Source of the DNA: the human T2T-CHM13v2.0 reference genome, Homo sapiens
Strand: one strand, 5' to 3'
Length of the DNA stretch: 64,000 nt
NCBI RefSeq assembly: GCF_009914755.1
Contig: NC_060933.1
The notes under the pieces are model-generated. The model did not search any database. It was given only the letters and a program-made list of their open reading frames with translations, and was not told where the DNA came from. This document shows positions 26,647 through 44,114 of the stretch, piece after piece. Position numbers and translations under genes: made by a program. Every line of letters starts with the position of its first letter. The first letter of the stretch is position 1.

Positions 26647-26730
26647 TCCTTCATTCAGTAAATATTTACGGACTGATTACCATACACTAGGCACTATTCC
26701 AGACATTGGAGATACAATGATGAGCATAAA
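26647..26730 (-). mobile_element. L2 3'-end fragment
   Basis: tcattcagtaaatattta...taccatacactaggcactattc...ggagatacaatgatga, typical L2 tail. Confidence 0.5.
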
Positions 26731-26929
26731 AAACGGTCTAGATAAGAACTGAGGTCTCCAGACATACTTTATGCCCACTCAGTTTTGTCTTTTGCCCTAG
26801 TTGCTAAACAAAACTTAACTTTGCTGTGCGGTGCGACTTCGTTAACTTAAAATTACAGGCTGTCAGCTATGACCGCTAGACTCTAAGAAAGTCCAGTGGA
26901 AATCCTTCAATGAAAAGAATCTGTTCTTG

Positions 26930-27620
26930 GGTGGAAGCCCCGCTCATGCAGGAGGAACAGAGGGCTTCCATTCTCGCGTCACACAACTGAGGGTCAACCC
27001 CTTGCTCCCTGCAGTAAGCCTGATTAGTGGGCGGAGCTTCCTTCAGGATCGCAAGAAAGAAAGGAGGAAGGGGACCCCGCCTCCTACGTGCTCGCGGGGG
27101 GGGGCGGGGTCGGTGGACTGGGCGTGAGTTAATTGGCTGGGGGGCGGGGCACCACGGGTTGGCTCCGCCCAGGCGCTCGCGCGGATCCCGGGTGGAATGA
27201 CGGGAGGGAGTCCCGGCAGCTCCTACCTCCCAGCGATGGCGTCGCTGTGCCGCGCCCAGTCCCCAGCCTGCCGGCCGGTACTCACCGCTACCCGGAGTTC
27301 GCTCAGACGGTGAGATTTGGGGCGGGTCCGAGGCAGCGGCGGGACGCTACCTGCGACCGGGACCATGAGGAGCTGCCAGACCCGTGGGGCCGGTAACGAG
27401 AGCAGTCGCGGCACCTGCTGAGAGGAAAGAGGGAGCGGTCCGGCGCGGCTGGGGCGCGGCAGAGGCTTGCCCGATCCTCGGCCATGTCACTGCTCTGCGT
27501 GCGCGGTGAGTGCGCGGACTGAGGCGGGGAGGCGGGGTGTCGGCGTAGAGGTCCCCGCACCCTTCCAGTGGACGTCCGGTGACCGTCTCACCCAAACTTT
27601 ACATCCCGTCCGTGCTTTGG
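26930..27620 (+). promoter_or_regulatory. CpG-island promoter, 5' UTR and first exon of UNC13B
   Basis: Dense CpGs; GC boxes (ccccgcc ~27075, ggggcgggg ~27101, gggggcggggc ~27139); inverted CCAAT (attgg ~27132); lies directly 5' of the ATG exon. Confidence 0.88.
27484..27505 (+). CDS. UNC13B: UNC13B (Munc13-2) first coding exon, MSLLCVR + 1 nt; CDS continues beyond the window
   Basis: gccATG TCA CTG CTC TGC GTG CGC G|gtgagt: Kozak context, canonical donor at 27506, inside a CpG island. MSLLCVR(V) is the recalled UNC13B N-terminus (UNC13A begins MSLLCVG). No further exon recognised downstream. Confidence 0.9.
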
Positions 27621-29199
27621 GGGTCTATTATTTTGGCAATCACTTAACAATCACTTGAGTTCTTTCCACTTTCTTGTTTTCCCCCAAGCTCCTGCAAGGG
27701 ACGATTAGCTCTCCATTCTGGTAGCCATGTGACAATGTTGTTGGACTGCAGGCTCAGATCCTATTAAACAGTGACTGGGGTTCTCTAGTGAGAGTGGACG
27801 AGTTAGAAGACCGCGGATGGTTGGTGCCTGTGAATGGTGGGCAGCCTCTCATTCTTTTCCTCCTCCTCGCACCGTAACGCTACAGTATGCTTAGTAGCAG
27901 GTTCTTTTTATCACACTTTGAATGCGTTAGTGGTACAGCTGTCACATCCCTTCTATTGCTTGTCTTGTCCCCTGCCACTTCCCTGAACACTAACCGGTAG
28001 TATAGGCTAAGATTATTCTTCTGTTCCACTTGGGAGGATGTGGTGACTGCTTTTGAGGATAAGAGGTATGATTTATTTTTATTTTTATTTTAGCTTGCCT
28101 CACAGTAACTCAAGGTGAAGGGCCATTATTGCTTTTCCCCTGAGGACACTTGACCCATCTAAGAAGATATCTTAAAGCAAGAGCTTTGGGGTTTAAGATG
28201 AGGCATGGTACGCGAACTAAGTTCTATGTGGGTAGAGACTGTTTCTTATTAGTTTTTGTATTCCTGGTGTCTGACGTAGTAGAAGCTTAATGCTGGTTTT
28301 GAATGAATGCAAGTACTGTGACTTCAGAGAGATTATCTGATCAGGAAAACACAGGGTTTGGATTAGCCATTGAATTTGATCTCGGGAAATTCAGGTTACA
28401 GCCTATCATATCTGATGTGTCTTGATTATGAATGAGAGAGCATTTATCAACTAGAGCCTTTACCTGATATCTTTTACTGGAGAGTTCATATTTCTTTTGG
28501 CTCTACAGATTAGAAGCATTGTTGTTGTTTGTGATTTCTCCAATAACGATGTTTCCCCCAGCTACTGGCAGATGAAACTGCTTTGCTCTGTTCTCTTCCA
28601 CTATTTTGTTGAATCTGCATTAACCAAAATGGATTTGGCCATTTCCCGGGATTATGAGATATACAGTTTTTCTTCTTTCATGGTTGATTTTTCATTAATG
28701 AGAATTTTGCTTTGCTTTTAGTAAGACATTTTCTCTCAGCAGCTGGGAATCTATTTATTCCTTTAGATCCCTGCTGCTGAGTAGCAGGATTTGGGAGAGG
28801 TTGGACTTTGCTGTGTCTCTTGGACAGTTTAATTCTCTACGGCCACACTGTATTACAGAGCTGGTCCTTATGAAAGACTCTTTAGGCAGGAGCACTCGTG
28901 AATCAGAAATTCCTATTTAACTGAATTTATATAACTACTGGTGTTTTCATTTGTTTTAATAGCAGGCAGGTTTCATTGTCTAGAAATTCTGCTATTTAGC
29001 TAACTTCTTTCCTTTTTAATGTTACTTTAGTGAAGTTTCTTCTTTTTTGAATCTGGAGAAACGAGATCAGCAGGCCATTGTCTTTTTGAATAGAGATCTA
29101 GAAGATTTTAAATACTGAAACAAACAGGTACCTTATATGCAGATATTCATATTGAATGGCAAAGTATTCATTTTGGGAAAACTTACAGAAATGAATTGA

Positions 29200-29424
<225 letters not shown>

Positions 29425-30119
29425 TAGGCTGGTCTTGAACTTCTGACCTCAAGTGATCCATCTGCCTTGGCCTTCCAAAGTGCTGGGATTAGAGGCATAA
29501 TCCACTGCACCCAGCACAAAATACATCTTTCTAAAATGACATTCCTTGCGTTGTATTTTGGCAGTAGGAATGTTGTATTCTGAAAGCAGTCTATATAGTG
29601 ATATTTATTACAACTCAATTTCAATTCATCTTGGAGTAGAATCAATTAGAAACTTCCTATGCAGAGTTCAAAAAGTAGTTAACTTGATGTAGAAATTGGC
29701 AAACTGGTATTGAATTAATCATTCCTAAACATTTCATTCAAGAAGTCAGTTATTTTGTCTTGCCCTTTAATCATGCCTTATTGCCTGCAGGTTTAAGGCT
29801 CTCAATACTCTGACTCCAGACTTGTGGCCTTCTATTCTTGCCTATCCTTATGCAGACTTTGCTCTAGCACTAACTTTGTTTATTCCTGCCTCTGCTCTGT
29901 TCTGCACTTGTGCCCCCTGAAATACTCGTTCCATATTTTCTGCCTATCTAAAATGTATTCTTACTTTCCCAGCTAACAGTCTACTTTTTTTGTTGTTGAA
30001 AACTTCTTCAGGTCCCCAGTCCACAGTGATCTCTTTTTCCTTTAAATCCTCGGAGCACTTGTGGTCTGAACAGTGCCACTAGTTTGGAAATGAATCATAT
30101 GCTGCCTGCAACTGGTCTT

Positions 30120-30600
30120 GTATTGTGGTGCTTATGGTGACCCAGACAAAGGAAGTAATTGCACTGGTCAGATCAGATCTGGAATTTTGTGTTCAGCTGT
30201 GGTATTTCCTTCTAAGAAGCATATTGAGAAGCTAGGTTATCTTAAGAGGGGAGTGATTAGAATAATGAAACATGTAGGAACCGAACCATTTGAAGAATAT
30301 GGGAAATTTAGTTCTAGAAGATTTAAGAGGAAGAGGATCACGATAGTACATGAAGACTGTTTAAAAAACTGTCTTGTAGAAGTTATGTCACCTTTTTTGT
30401 TGTCATTCCAGAGGACAGAACTGGGACAAGTGTGGATCAGTGGTTGAAAATGACAGGAAATTAGATTTTAGCTTAACATAAAGAAGAACAGTTGGGTTGT
30501 TCAGAACAAATGGAATGGGCTATGTAGATTTTTTGACACTAAACAGAAATTGAATGAGTGGTAAGGATTCTAAAGGGGATATTGACCATTCAGCGGGTGA
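30120..30600 (+). mobile_element. Ancient L3/CR1 LINE 3' fragment
   Basis: gatctggaattttgtgttcagctgtgg...aagaagcatattgagaagcta...ccagaggacagaact...agattttagcttaacataaagaagaac matches a CR1/L3 ORF2 C-terminus; explains ORF 30118-30447. Confidence 0.65.
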
Positions 30601-30633
30601 TTGACTTGAATTTTTTTTTTTTTTTTTTTTTAA

Positions 30634-30929
<296 letters not shown>

Positions 30930-31205
30930 TTAAGAAACCACTCTTTTATAGAATTCACTTAGTCTTTCTTTAAATATTTCCATAAGTATAAAGAAATATA
31001 AGTCTTTAACATGTTTTGGCACAGCTTTACTTATAATACGGATACTTTTTTTGGGCTTCCATAGGGACCAGTGCCACATGAACAACTGCAGTAAACTAAA
31101 TTAAGGATTTTGTTTGACTTTTATTGTCTTGGTATTCACGACCAAGTTTCTCCAAGCAATTATAAGCATTTTTAGAATCAGACCTTTCCATAATATTTCT
31201 CTGTA

Positions 31206-31253
31206 ATTCCCAGTGTTTATAACATAGTTATTCCCAGTGTTTATAACATAGTT
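31206..31253. repeat. Perfect 24-bp tandem duplication
   Basis: attcccagtgtttataacatagtt x2. Confidence 0.9.
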
Positions 31254-31263
31254 AGATAATTTA

Positions 31264-31359
<96 letters not shown>

Positions 31360-32141
31360 TCACTTGAGGACATGAGTTTGAGACCAGCCTGGCCAACGTG
31401 GTGAAACCCCATCTCTACTAAAAATACAAAAATTAGCCAGGTGTGGTGGTGCTCACCTGTAATCCTAGCTACTTGGGAGGCTGAGGCATGAGAATTGCTT
31501 GAACCCAGGAGGCAAGGTTGCAGTGAGCCAAGATCATGCCACTGTACTCCAGCTTGGGTGACGAAGTGAGACCCTGTCTCAAAAAAAATATGTGTATGGT
31601 AATACATTGCTAATTATAGAAAATTTAAAAAATGCAGAAAAGTACAAAAAAAGAAAAAAATTTCCATGGGCCTACCACCTGCCAATACCATTGCTAACTT
31701 TTTTTTTAAATTTAATTTTTTTTTTAAAGATGGGATCTCACTATGTTGCCTAGGCTGGATTTGAACTCCTGGGCTCAAGTGACTGTCTTTTCTCAGCATC
31801 ACGAGTAGCTGGGACTACAAGGAACACACCACCACACCCAACTATTGTTAACTTTTTAATTCATTGTTTTCATTTTGTTTTTATTATAAGGTGATAAATA
31901 TACAGATAAGAAGTTGAAACAGTTTAGAGTGTAAAGTAGAAGGAAAAGTTCTCTTGTCCCCATTCGGTATTCTTACTTCCCAGAGGTAACTACTGTTTAC
32001 TGTCTCTTACCTATCCTTCTGGAAATTTTCATTGCAGATGAGTATATAGGTTCTGCAGTTGAATGTACATAGCATTCTTCAGCTTTTTTTGTTTTTTAAC
32101 CTCAATGATCTATTTTCCTGTCAGGTCATCTGAGTCTAAAC

Positions 32142-32647
<506 letters not shown>

Positions 32648-32703
32648 GTCTATACCATTCTTTTGAATGGCTGCAGAGTATTCTGTTATATAAGCATACA
32701 TAA

Positions 32704-32982
<279 letters not shown>

Positions 32983-33419
32983 TAGTAGAGAAGGGGGTTT
33001 CACTATGTTGGCCAGGCTGGTGTTGAACTCCTGACCTTGTGATCTGCCCTCCTCGGCCCCCCAGAGTGCTGGGATTACAGGCGTGAGCCACCACGTCCAG
33101 CCTGTAGATGGTTTTTAAACATTTGTTTTTATTTTTGAGACAGGGTCTTGCATTGTCACCCAGGCTGGAGTGCAGTAGTACGATCGTGGCTCACTGCATC
33201 CTCAAACTCCTGGGCTCAATCTGTCCTCCCATCTCAGTCTCCTGAGTAGCTGGGACTACAAGTGCATGCCACCATGCCTGACTAATTTTTCTACTTTTTG
33301 TAGGATGGAATTGCCCTATTTTGCCCAGGCTGGTCTTGAACTTCTGGACTCAAGTGATCTGCCCACCTTGGCCTCCCAAAATGCTAGGATTACAGGTGTG
33401 AGCCACTGCACCTGACCAG

Positions 33420-33605
33420 TTTTTTTATTATTAATTTTTTTCTTTCCAACTTTTAAGTTCAAGGGGTACATATGCAGGTTTGTTACATGGGTAAATTGCA
33501 TATTGCCATATTGCAGGGGTTTCATATACAGATAATTTTGTCACCCAGGTAATCAGCATAATACCCAAATAGGTAGTTTTCAGTCCTTACCCTCCTCCCA
33601 CTCCA
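33420..33605 (-). mobile_element. Old L1PA/L1PB 3'-end fragment with an AluJ in its poly(A) tail
   Basis: caacttttaagttcaaggggtacatatgcaggtttgttacatgggtaaattgc; tagatggttttt flanks the Alu plus L1 unit (~33105 and ~33607). Confidence 0.7.
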
Positions 33606-35334
33606 TAGATGGTTTTTGTTATATGTTTGGAGATCTCCAATTAGCTTTCCACCTGGACTTTATGTGTAATTTTCTCATTGCTGTTTTCTTTGGCATATAA
33701 TTATACTCAGTTGGACCAAATGCCTCGGTGTCTCAGATCAACATCCTCAATTAGAGGCAGATCCTTCAGCAGCAGGTAATATTTTTCTATGCCTGTTGAA
33801 AAGACCAAAGACTCTGCTCTTGTAAGTAAGTTTGACCTGTGATTTCCATGTACTTTTCTTTCTTATTTGTATTTTATTTTCCATATGAACATGTATTACT
33901 TGCTTTTTTTTTTTTTTTTTGATACAGGGTCTCACTCTGTTGCCCAGGCTGGGGTGCAGTGGCATGATCACGGCTCACTGCAGTCTTGACCTCCCTGGGC
34001 TCAGGTGATGCTCTCACCTTAGACTCCTGAGTAGCTGGAACTACAGGCTTTCTTGTAGAGACAGGGTTTTGCTATGTTTCCCAGGGTGGTCTTGAACTCC
34101 TGGGCTCAAGCAATCTGCCTGTCTCAGTCTCCTAAAGTGTTGGGATTAACAGGTGTGAGCCACTGTGCCCGACTGCATTTTTAAAACAGAACAAAACAAT
34201 GTCACTGGTGAATGGTAACAGGACCAAGTTGATTTATATTATGATTTGCCCTTTAAAAAACTCGTTACTGGACAGGTGAGGTGGCTCATGCCTGTAATCC
34301 CAGTACTTTGGGAGGCTGAGGCAAGAGAATCACTTGCATCCAGGAGTTTGAGACCAGCCTGGGCAACATAGCAAGACCCCATTCCTACTAAAAAAATATT
34401 TAAAAATTAGCTGTGCGTGTTGACGCATGCCGGTAGTCTCAGCTACTTGGGAGGCGAGGCAGGAGGATGGCTTGAGTCCAAGAGATTGAGGGTGTAGTGA
34501 GCCATGTTCATGCCACTGCATTCTAGCCTGGGTAACAGAGCCATCTCAAAAAGTTCATGGCTTATCATTAATCATCCATCTAACTAGACACGTTGATTGT
34601 GCATTGATTCTACTCTAGGGAAAGTCCAAAAATATATTTCGGTTTACAGCCATTGTGGAAAGTAGGAATGGTAATGATATTAGAGTTTTCAGACATAGGT
34701 ATAGGTTGGTCAGATACTTCTCATCTCCTTCCCCCATCCTGCCACCCCCTGCTGAATGTTATTGTCATCTGCCTCAGCTAACTCCTTTTTGCTGGGCTTC
34801 CATCGATCGTGGTTCTAGTAGTCCCTGCCCTTAGAGCAGAGCTGTGGCTGTGTTCCTTTCACTTAGGGCCTCAGGAAGTTGATTGTGCTTTGTGTGAGCC
34901 AGGCAGTGATGGGGGAAAGGACCAATTTGCTCTGCTATGCTATTGTTATAAACTGTTCTGTTCCTTATAAGTAGCGTATTCTGTAATTTAGTTTCTAAAA
35001 ATGGGGTTTCTGAAAGTTGGGCTCTTTAGGCCAATAAGCTTAATTTTTATCCTATTTACCTGTGCTGTGTATTTCAGACTTTGAGTTTGTTTAAAGTTTG
35101 GGCTGTGTATCATTAGTAAATATTTGTTGGATACTTTCTCTGTGCATGTTTATGACACAAATCTGTATTGTAGATAAGAGGCCACGGAATCTAGATAGGT
35201 TTTAAAATGTCTGTTATACAGTGTTCTTATATAAACTCAAATAATCCATTAGGATTATTAGGTCTGATTTGGAATAAGCAGAATAAATTAAGTTCTTCCT
35301 TGAGTAGGGAAATAACTGCACTGTCTTGTTTTAA

Positions 35335-36905
<1,571 letters not shown>

Positions 36906-37384
36906 CAGGCTAGTTTATTTTGATTAACATGTTTGTCAGATTCTTCCACTTGATGTGTGTGGCAGTTAGTTCATTGATTTTCGTTGCTATGTAGTATCTT
37001 GTTAGATGCATATACTATTGTTTATTTATTTAATGTATTTCTTAATCTCATGACAGTGTAGATTAGATTATGTGGGGAGAAATTGGAGGCACTTGAATTA
37101 TAGCAGGAGTGATTTAGATTAAACATAAATTAAAATTTCTTGATGAAATTTGAACTGCCACAGAAAAGCTGTGAAATTTATTTTTCTATGGCTCTTCAAA
37201 AATAAGCCCTATTTCCTTCATTTAAAATTTTATTTATTAATTTTTTTTTGTAGAGATGGGGTCTCACTATGCTGTCCAGGCAGGTCTCAGGTCTCAAACT
37301 CCTGGGCTCAAGGCCTCCTCCTGCCTCCGCCTCCCAAAGTGCTGAGATTACAGGTGTGAGCTACCATGCCTGGCCCCTTTGTTT

Positions 37385-37675
37385 TTTTTTTTTAAATTGA
37401 TATGTCATAGATGTATGTGTTTTGGGGATATGTGTCATATTTAGATAAATTCATATAATGTGTTAATGATCAATTCAGGGCAATTAGGATATCTGTCACC
37501 TCAAACATCTTTCATACTGGGAACACTGGAATTCTCTTCTGGCTATTTGGAAATCTACAATAGATTTTCATTAACTGTAATCATCTTACTGAACTATCGA
37601 ATACTAGATCTTATTCCATTTATCCAACTGTATTTTTGTACTCTTTAATCAACCTTTCTTAATCCTCCCTCTCCT
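37385..37675 (-). mobile_element. L1MA-type 3'-end fragment
   Basis: tataatgtgttaatgatcaattcagggcaattaggatatctgtcacctcaaacat...gaatactagatcttattcc. Confidence 0.65.
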
Positions 37676-39349
37676 GTTTCCTTTCATATACTATATTAGG
37701 TGTAACTGCTCTGGATGAGGAAGGTTAGATAACCAGCTTTGCATTTCCTGTTTTGTTGCAGTCTTTTCTTTGATTACTGGGAAATGGAATAAAAATGTAA
37801 GCATATGGTTAAAATGTTGTGTTCACCTTTATAAAGTACATTAAAAAATTCTTTTGTTATCTTTAGTAAAAATGAAATGTACTTTCTCAAGTGTGATGTC
37901 CAGAAATAATTATCCACTGGGTGTGTGAGAAAGGCCAATAGAATCAAAGGAAAAAGAATCATGAAATCTTTTTTTTTTGTGCTGATGAATCCTTTGGTGA
38001 TAAAATATGTGGTAAAAATGTGACAGGAGGAAGTTTGTGCTAAGGTGTAAGGTCTATTTTTATCCTGTAAGTAGGGAGAAGCAATTCTTAGTCATTAGGA
38101 AATATAGGTTTCCAAAAAGAAGAGTGTTGTTTTCCTGCTGCTGCTTGGTTCTCTCTTTTGCTATAGTAAGTGCTTCTTTAGAGCTGTAGAAGACAGGCCT
38201 GTGGATTGTGTTGGGCTGTCAATTTTCTCTTGCAACTGTTTGCTTTATTGATTTCTATAGCGTTTCATTGTAAATGATGTTGAGAAGAGGTTAGAGGGCA
38301 GGGAGGGAGATCTGCCTAGCAACCAATAAGGGGCTGGCAGTTGGACAGTGGGAAGATAATTGCTTTTATATAATTAGAGTTGGGGCAAAGATGATTCGAA
38401 AGGCTAGATTACTTACATGAGCCAAATTAGTTATGAAGCAAATTTTAGAGACTTTGTCTGCAAAAGGATAGAGGAAATCTGCTTGCCAAGGAAAGGGGGG
38501 TAAATGATAGATATAAACCTGTATGTCTACCTCACTTCAGCCCTCCATTCCCACAATTACACCAGAGAGCATGTCACTCTTTGGAATGGTGCTCTCCTTT
38601 TGTAATCTTAATCTTCATAATCTATCTTTTTTTTTTTTTTTGGGGACAGAGTCTCACTTTGTAGCTCAGGCTGGAGTGCGGTGGTGCTATCTCGGCTCAC
38701 TGAAACCTCCACCTCCCTGGTTCAAGCGATTCTTGTGCCTCAGCCTCGTGAGTAGTTGGGATTACAGGCCCTCACCACCATGCCCGGCTAATTTTTTTAT
38801 TTTTGGTAGAGATGGGGTTTCACCGTGTTGCCCAGGCTGGTCTCAAACTCTTGAGCTCATGTAATCCGCCCGCCTCAGCCTCCCAAAGTGTTAGGATTAC
38901 AGGCGTGAGCCACTGTGCCTGGCCAGAATCTATCTGATTGTATTCTTTAGCCCATTTTTACAGCTTATACTCTTGCTATGCTTTAACCACTGTGATATAA
39001 GGTAGATGTTAAAAGCTTTGGTTTTAGACAGACATGGCTTGGTGAATATATCAGCTCCAACGCTGTGAGTTGTCTGCCTTTCCATATGTTACCTCATCTC
39101 ATTAAACCTTAATTTCCACATCTTTAAAATTCATATATTTGTTAGGGTAGTAGTACCAGTGATGGTGAAAATACCTATAGCAAAGTATTGCTGACATAAT
39201 TGTTGTGAAAGTGATTAGTACTGTCCCAGGCATAGAATGAGTACTTATTTTAATATAAAAACAGTATTAATATTCTTCATCCAGCTTTATGATATCTATT
39301 CATCTAAGACAGGGAGCTGAAAGTCTTCCTAGACCTCTCTCTCTCTCTC

Positions 39350-40300
<951 letters not shown>

Positions 40301-40887
40301 TAGACTTCTCAGTTGAGGAAGAAAATACAAAGAGAGGGAGGAAAGTTGGGTTCCGTTGAGTTTGTGGGATCTGTGAGATAAGTTACATGTGAGATATATT
40401 GAATTGAATGTATCAGTCTCATTGCAGATGATCCTTGAAAATGGTAACCCAAATGTAGGTTTGTAGCTTAGTAGAGAAATCTGTTAGAGATAAATATATG
40501 GAAGTTGCAGGTATTTGGTAATAAAGACATTAGCTTGAATTAAAATACTTATGGAGGGTCAGAAAGGAGAAAAAGGGGCTGATGCTGCCGCCAAGGAACT
40601 CCAGTGTATAGGAATGGGCAGAAGAGGAGTTGATAGATGTGGTCAGAACTGTAGGAAAATGGAGAGTGTTGTGTTAGGGTCTGTAGCCTAGAGTACAGCG
40701 AGTTTCAAGAAGGAATGATCAGATGATAGAGGTGAAGGAGACTTGTTGAGGTTTAGGAAAAAATGAAGAGATCATTGGATTTGAAAACAAGGACAGTTTC
40801 ATTTGGGTAATGTGAGGGCAGGCAGTGTATTATAGTAGCTGATGAGTATTTGGGCAGTAAAGAAGTGGAATGAGCAAGTGTAGGCTA

Positions 40888-41079
<192 letters not shown>

Positions 41080-41452
41080 TTAGCCAGACATTGTGCTGCA
41101 TGCCTATAATCCCACTTATTTGGGAGGCCAAGGCAGGAGAAATGCTTGAACCCAGAAAGCAGAGGTTGCGGTGAGCTGAGATCACACCATTGCACTCCAG
41201 CCTGGTTGACAAAGTAAGACTCTGTCTCAAAAAAAAAAAAAAAAAAGAGTAGTCTTAAGAAGAAATTTGAGTATTTTGTAGCTTGAAGGGAAGGAATCTG
41301 TAAGAAGGGGAAAGTCAAGATGAGATGGGGAAGGGAGAGATGATAACTGATTTCTTTTGTAAAGTAGGATGCAAAATTATCAGCTGATAGGTGGTGGGGA
41401 TGATTTAGAGAGCTTGAGGAGAGTGCAAAGGGTTCATTCATTTATTCTTTCA

Positions 41453-41875
<423 letters not shown>

Positions 41876-43868
41876 TTAGACATTAAACAAGGAAGAATCA
41901 TACAAATTAATATAAAATTACGAGTAGGAAAAAATACAACTGATTTGTGCTATAAACGAGAGTACATGTTATTATAAGAACATGTGTTAAGGAAAGTTAC
42001 CTACACAGATCAGAGAAGTCCTCCCTAATGAAGTGAAGACTGAACTGAGATCTAGAAGAAGAGGACACTATTGAGAGAAGGAGAAGAATATTCTAGGCAG
42101 AGGAAATAGTATGTGCAAAGGCCTTGCAGTGGGAGAAGGATCTGAGAGAAGGCAAGTATAGCCAATATTCCAAGAGAAAGGGAAAATATGGATTAAGATG
42201 AAGCTGGGGCTCCTGACCTCAGGTGATCCACCCGCCTCGGCCTCCCAAAGTGCTAGGATTACAGGCATGAGCCACAGCGCAGCCTGGCCAACATGACGAA
42301 ACCCCATCTCTATTTAAAAAAAATTAAAAAAAAATTAGTCGGGCGTGGTGGCCGGTGCCTATAATCCCAGCTACTCAGGATCCTGCTGAGACAGGAGAAT
42401 CTCTTCAACCCAGGGGCGGAGATTTCAGTGAGCCAAGAGTGCGCCATCTCACTCCAGCCTGGGTGAAAGAGCGAAACTCCATCTCAGAGAAACAAAAAAC
42501 AAAACTATAGGGCCTTGTAGGCAACATAAGGTGGAAAGTTAGCGAGAATAAGACCGAGGAAGGGGCAGAAGTATAGAAGTTTATAAACTGAAAGCACTGG
42601 GTTTCTACTTTGATTTGTTTGAATCCTTTTTCTACCAGTGAAAGCTTTTGGCAAGCCTCTTGACTACCAAGCCACAATTTTAAAATGGAAGTGTTAACAT
42701 CTGCCCCATGTACCTTCATAAAGTTGATGAGAATTACACTCTTAAGATCATGTGTTTGAAATTCTATTGTATAATAACTTTTACTCTCAGTCCTTTTTAT
42801 ATCTTGTTTGTAGAGACTTAACTGTTTTGAAACTTATAAACAAACAGGATATGATCAGTTCCATAAACATTTATTGAGCACTTAACTATGGGTGAGGCAT
42901 TGAACTTGTCACCCTGGGTATATAAAAATGAGGAAGAAGTGGGCCTTGCCCTCAAGAAATTGAGGGCAAAGAAAGGGTGACAGCCATGTGTACAGCTAAG
43001 CATGATGCAAGACACAAATGGATAATTTCTAAAACAGAAAAAATATAATGGATTGTAGAAATTCCAACTGAGGGACAGGGAAGAACTGTAGAAAAAGTCA
43101 AGTTTTCCATTATGGTGTCACTCATTAATTGGGATACGAAGCATAGAAAGAAAGAATAACAACTTCTGGGGAGATGATTTGGGTGTTGGATATGTTGAAT
43201 TTGAAGAGTTGGCAGTCCACGTGTTAAGGTTGGAAATGTTACTCAGGAGATCAGGGTTAGAGTAGATTTGGTCTGTTCTTTGTGGATCTGTTGTGTGGAG
43301 GCACGGTGACAGGGTAAACATATACTCAGCATCATCATTATAATATACTCCATTTCATCCACTATAAGATGCCATAGATTGTAAGAGGCATCATTATTTT
43401 ATGTATTATTTGAAAAATACTATTGCTGGGCACAGTGGCTCATGCCTGTAATCTCAGCATTATTGGGAGGCCAAGACGGGTAGATCACTTGAGTCCAGGG
43501 GTTCAAGACTAGTCTGGGCAACATGGCAAAACCCCATCTCTACAAAAATTAGGCATGGTGGCACATGCCTGTAGTCCCTAATACTTGGGAGGCTGAGGTG
43601 GGAGGATTGCTTAAACCCAGGAGGCGGAGGTTGCAGTGAGCTGAGATCCGCCACTGCACTCCAGTCTGGAGGACAGAGTGAGACCCTGTTTCAAAAAAAA
43701 AAAGAACAAACAAAAAAACACATACACACACACATACAATTGATTGCTCTATGACATGTCATTGATTGTAAGATTCATTTCAATTTCAGAGTGGTTACAT
43801 ATGAGAAAATAGGCCAGTGGCTCACACATGTAATCCCAGCACTTTGGGAGGCCGAGGCGGGTGGATCA

Positions 43869-44114
<246 letters not shown>

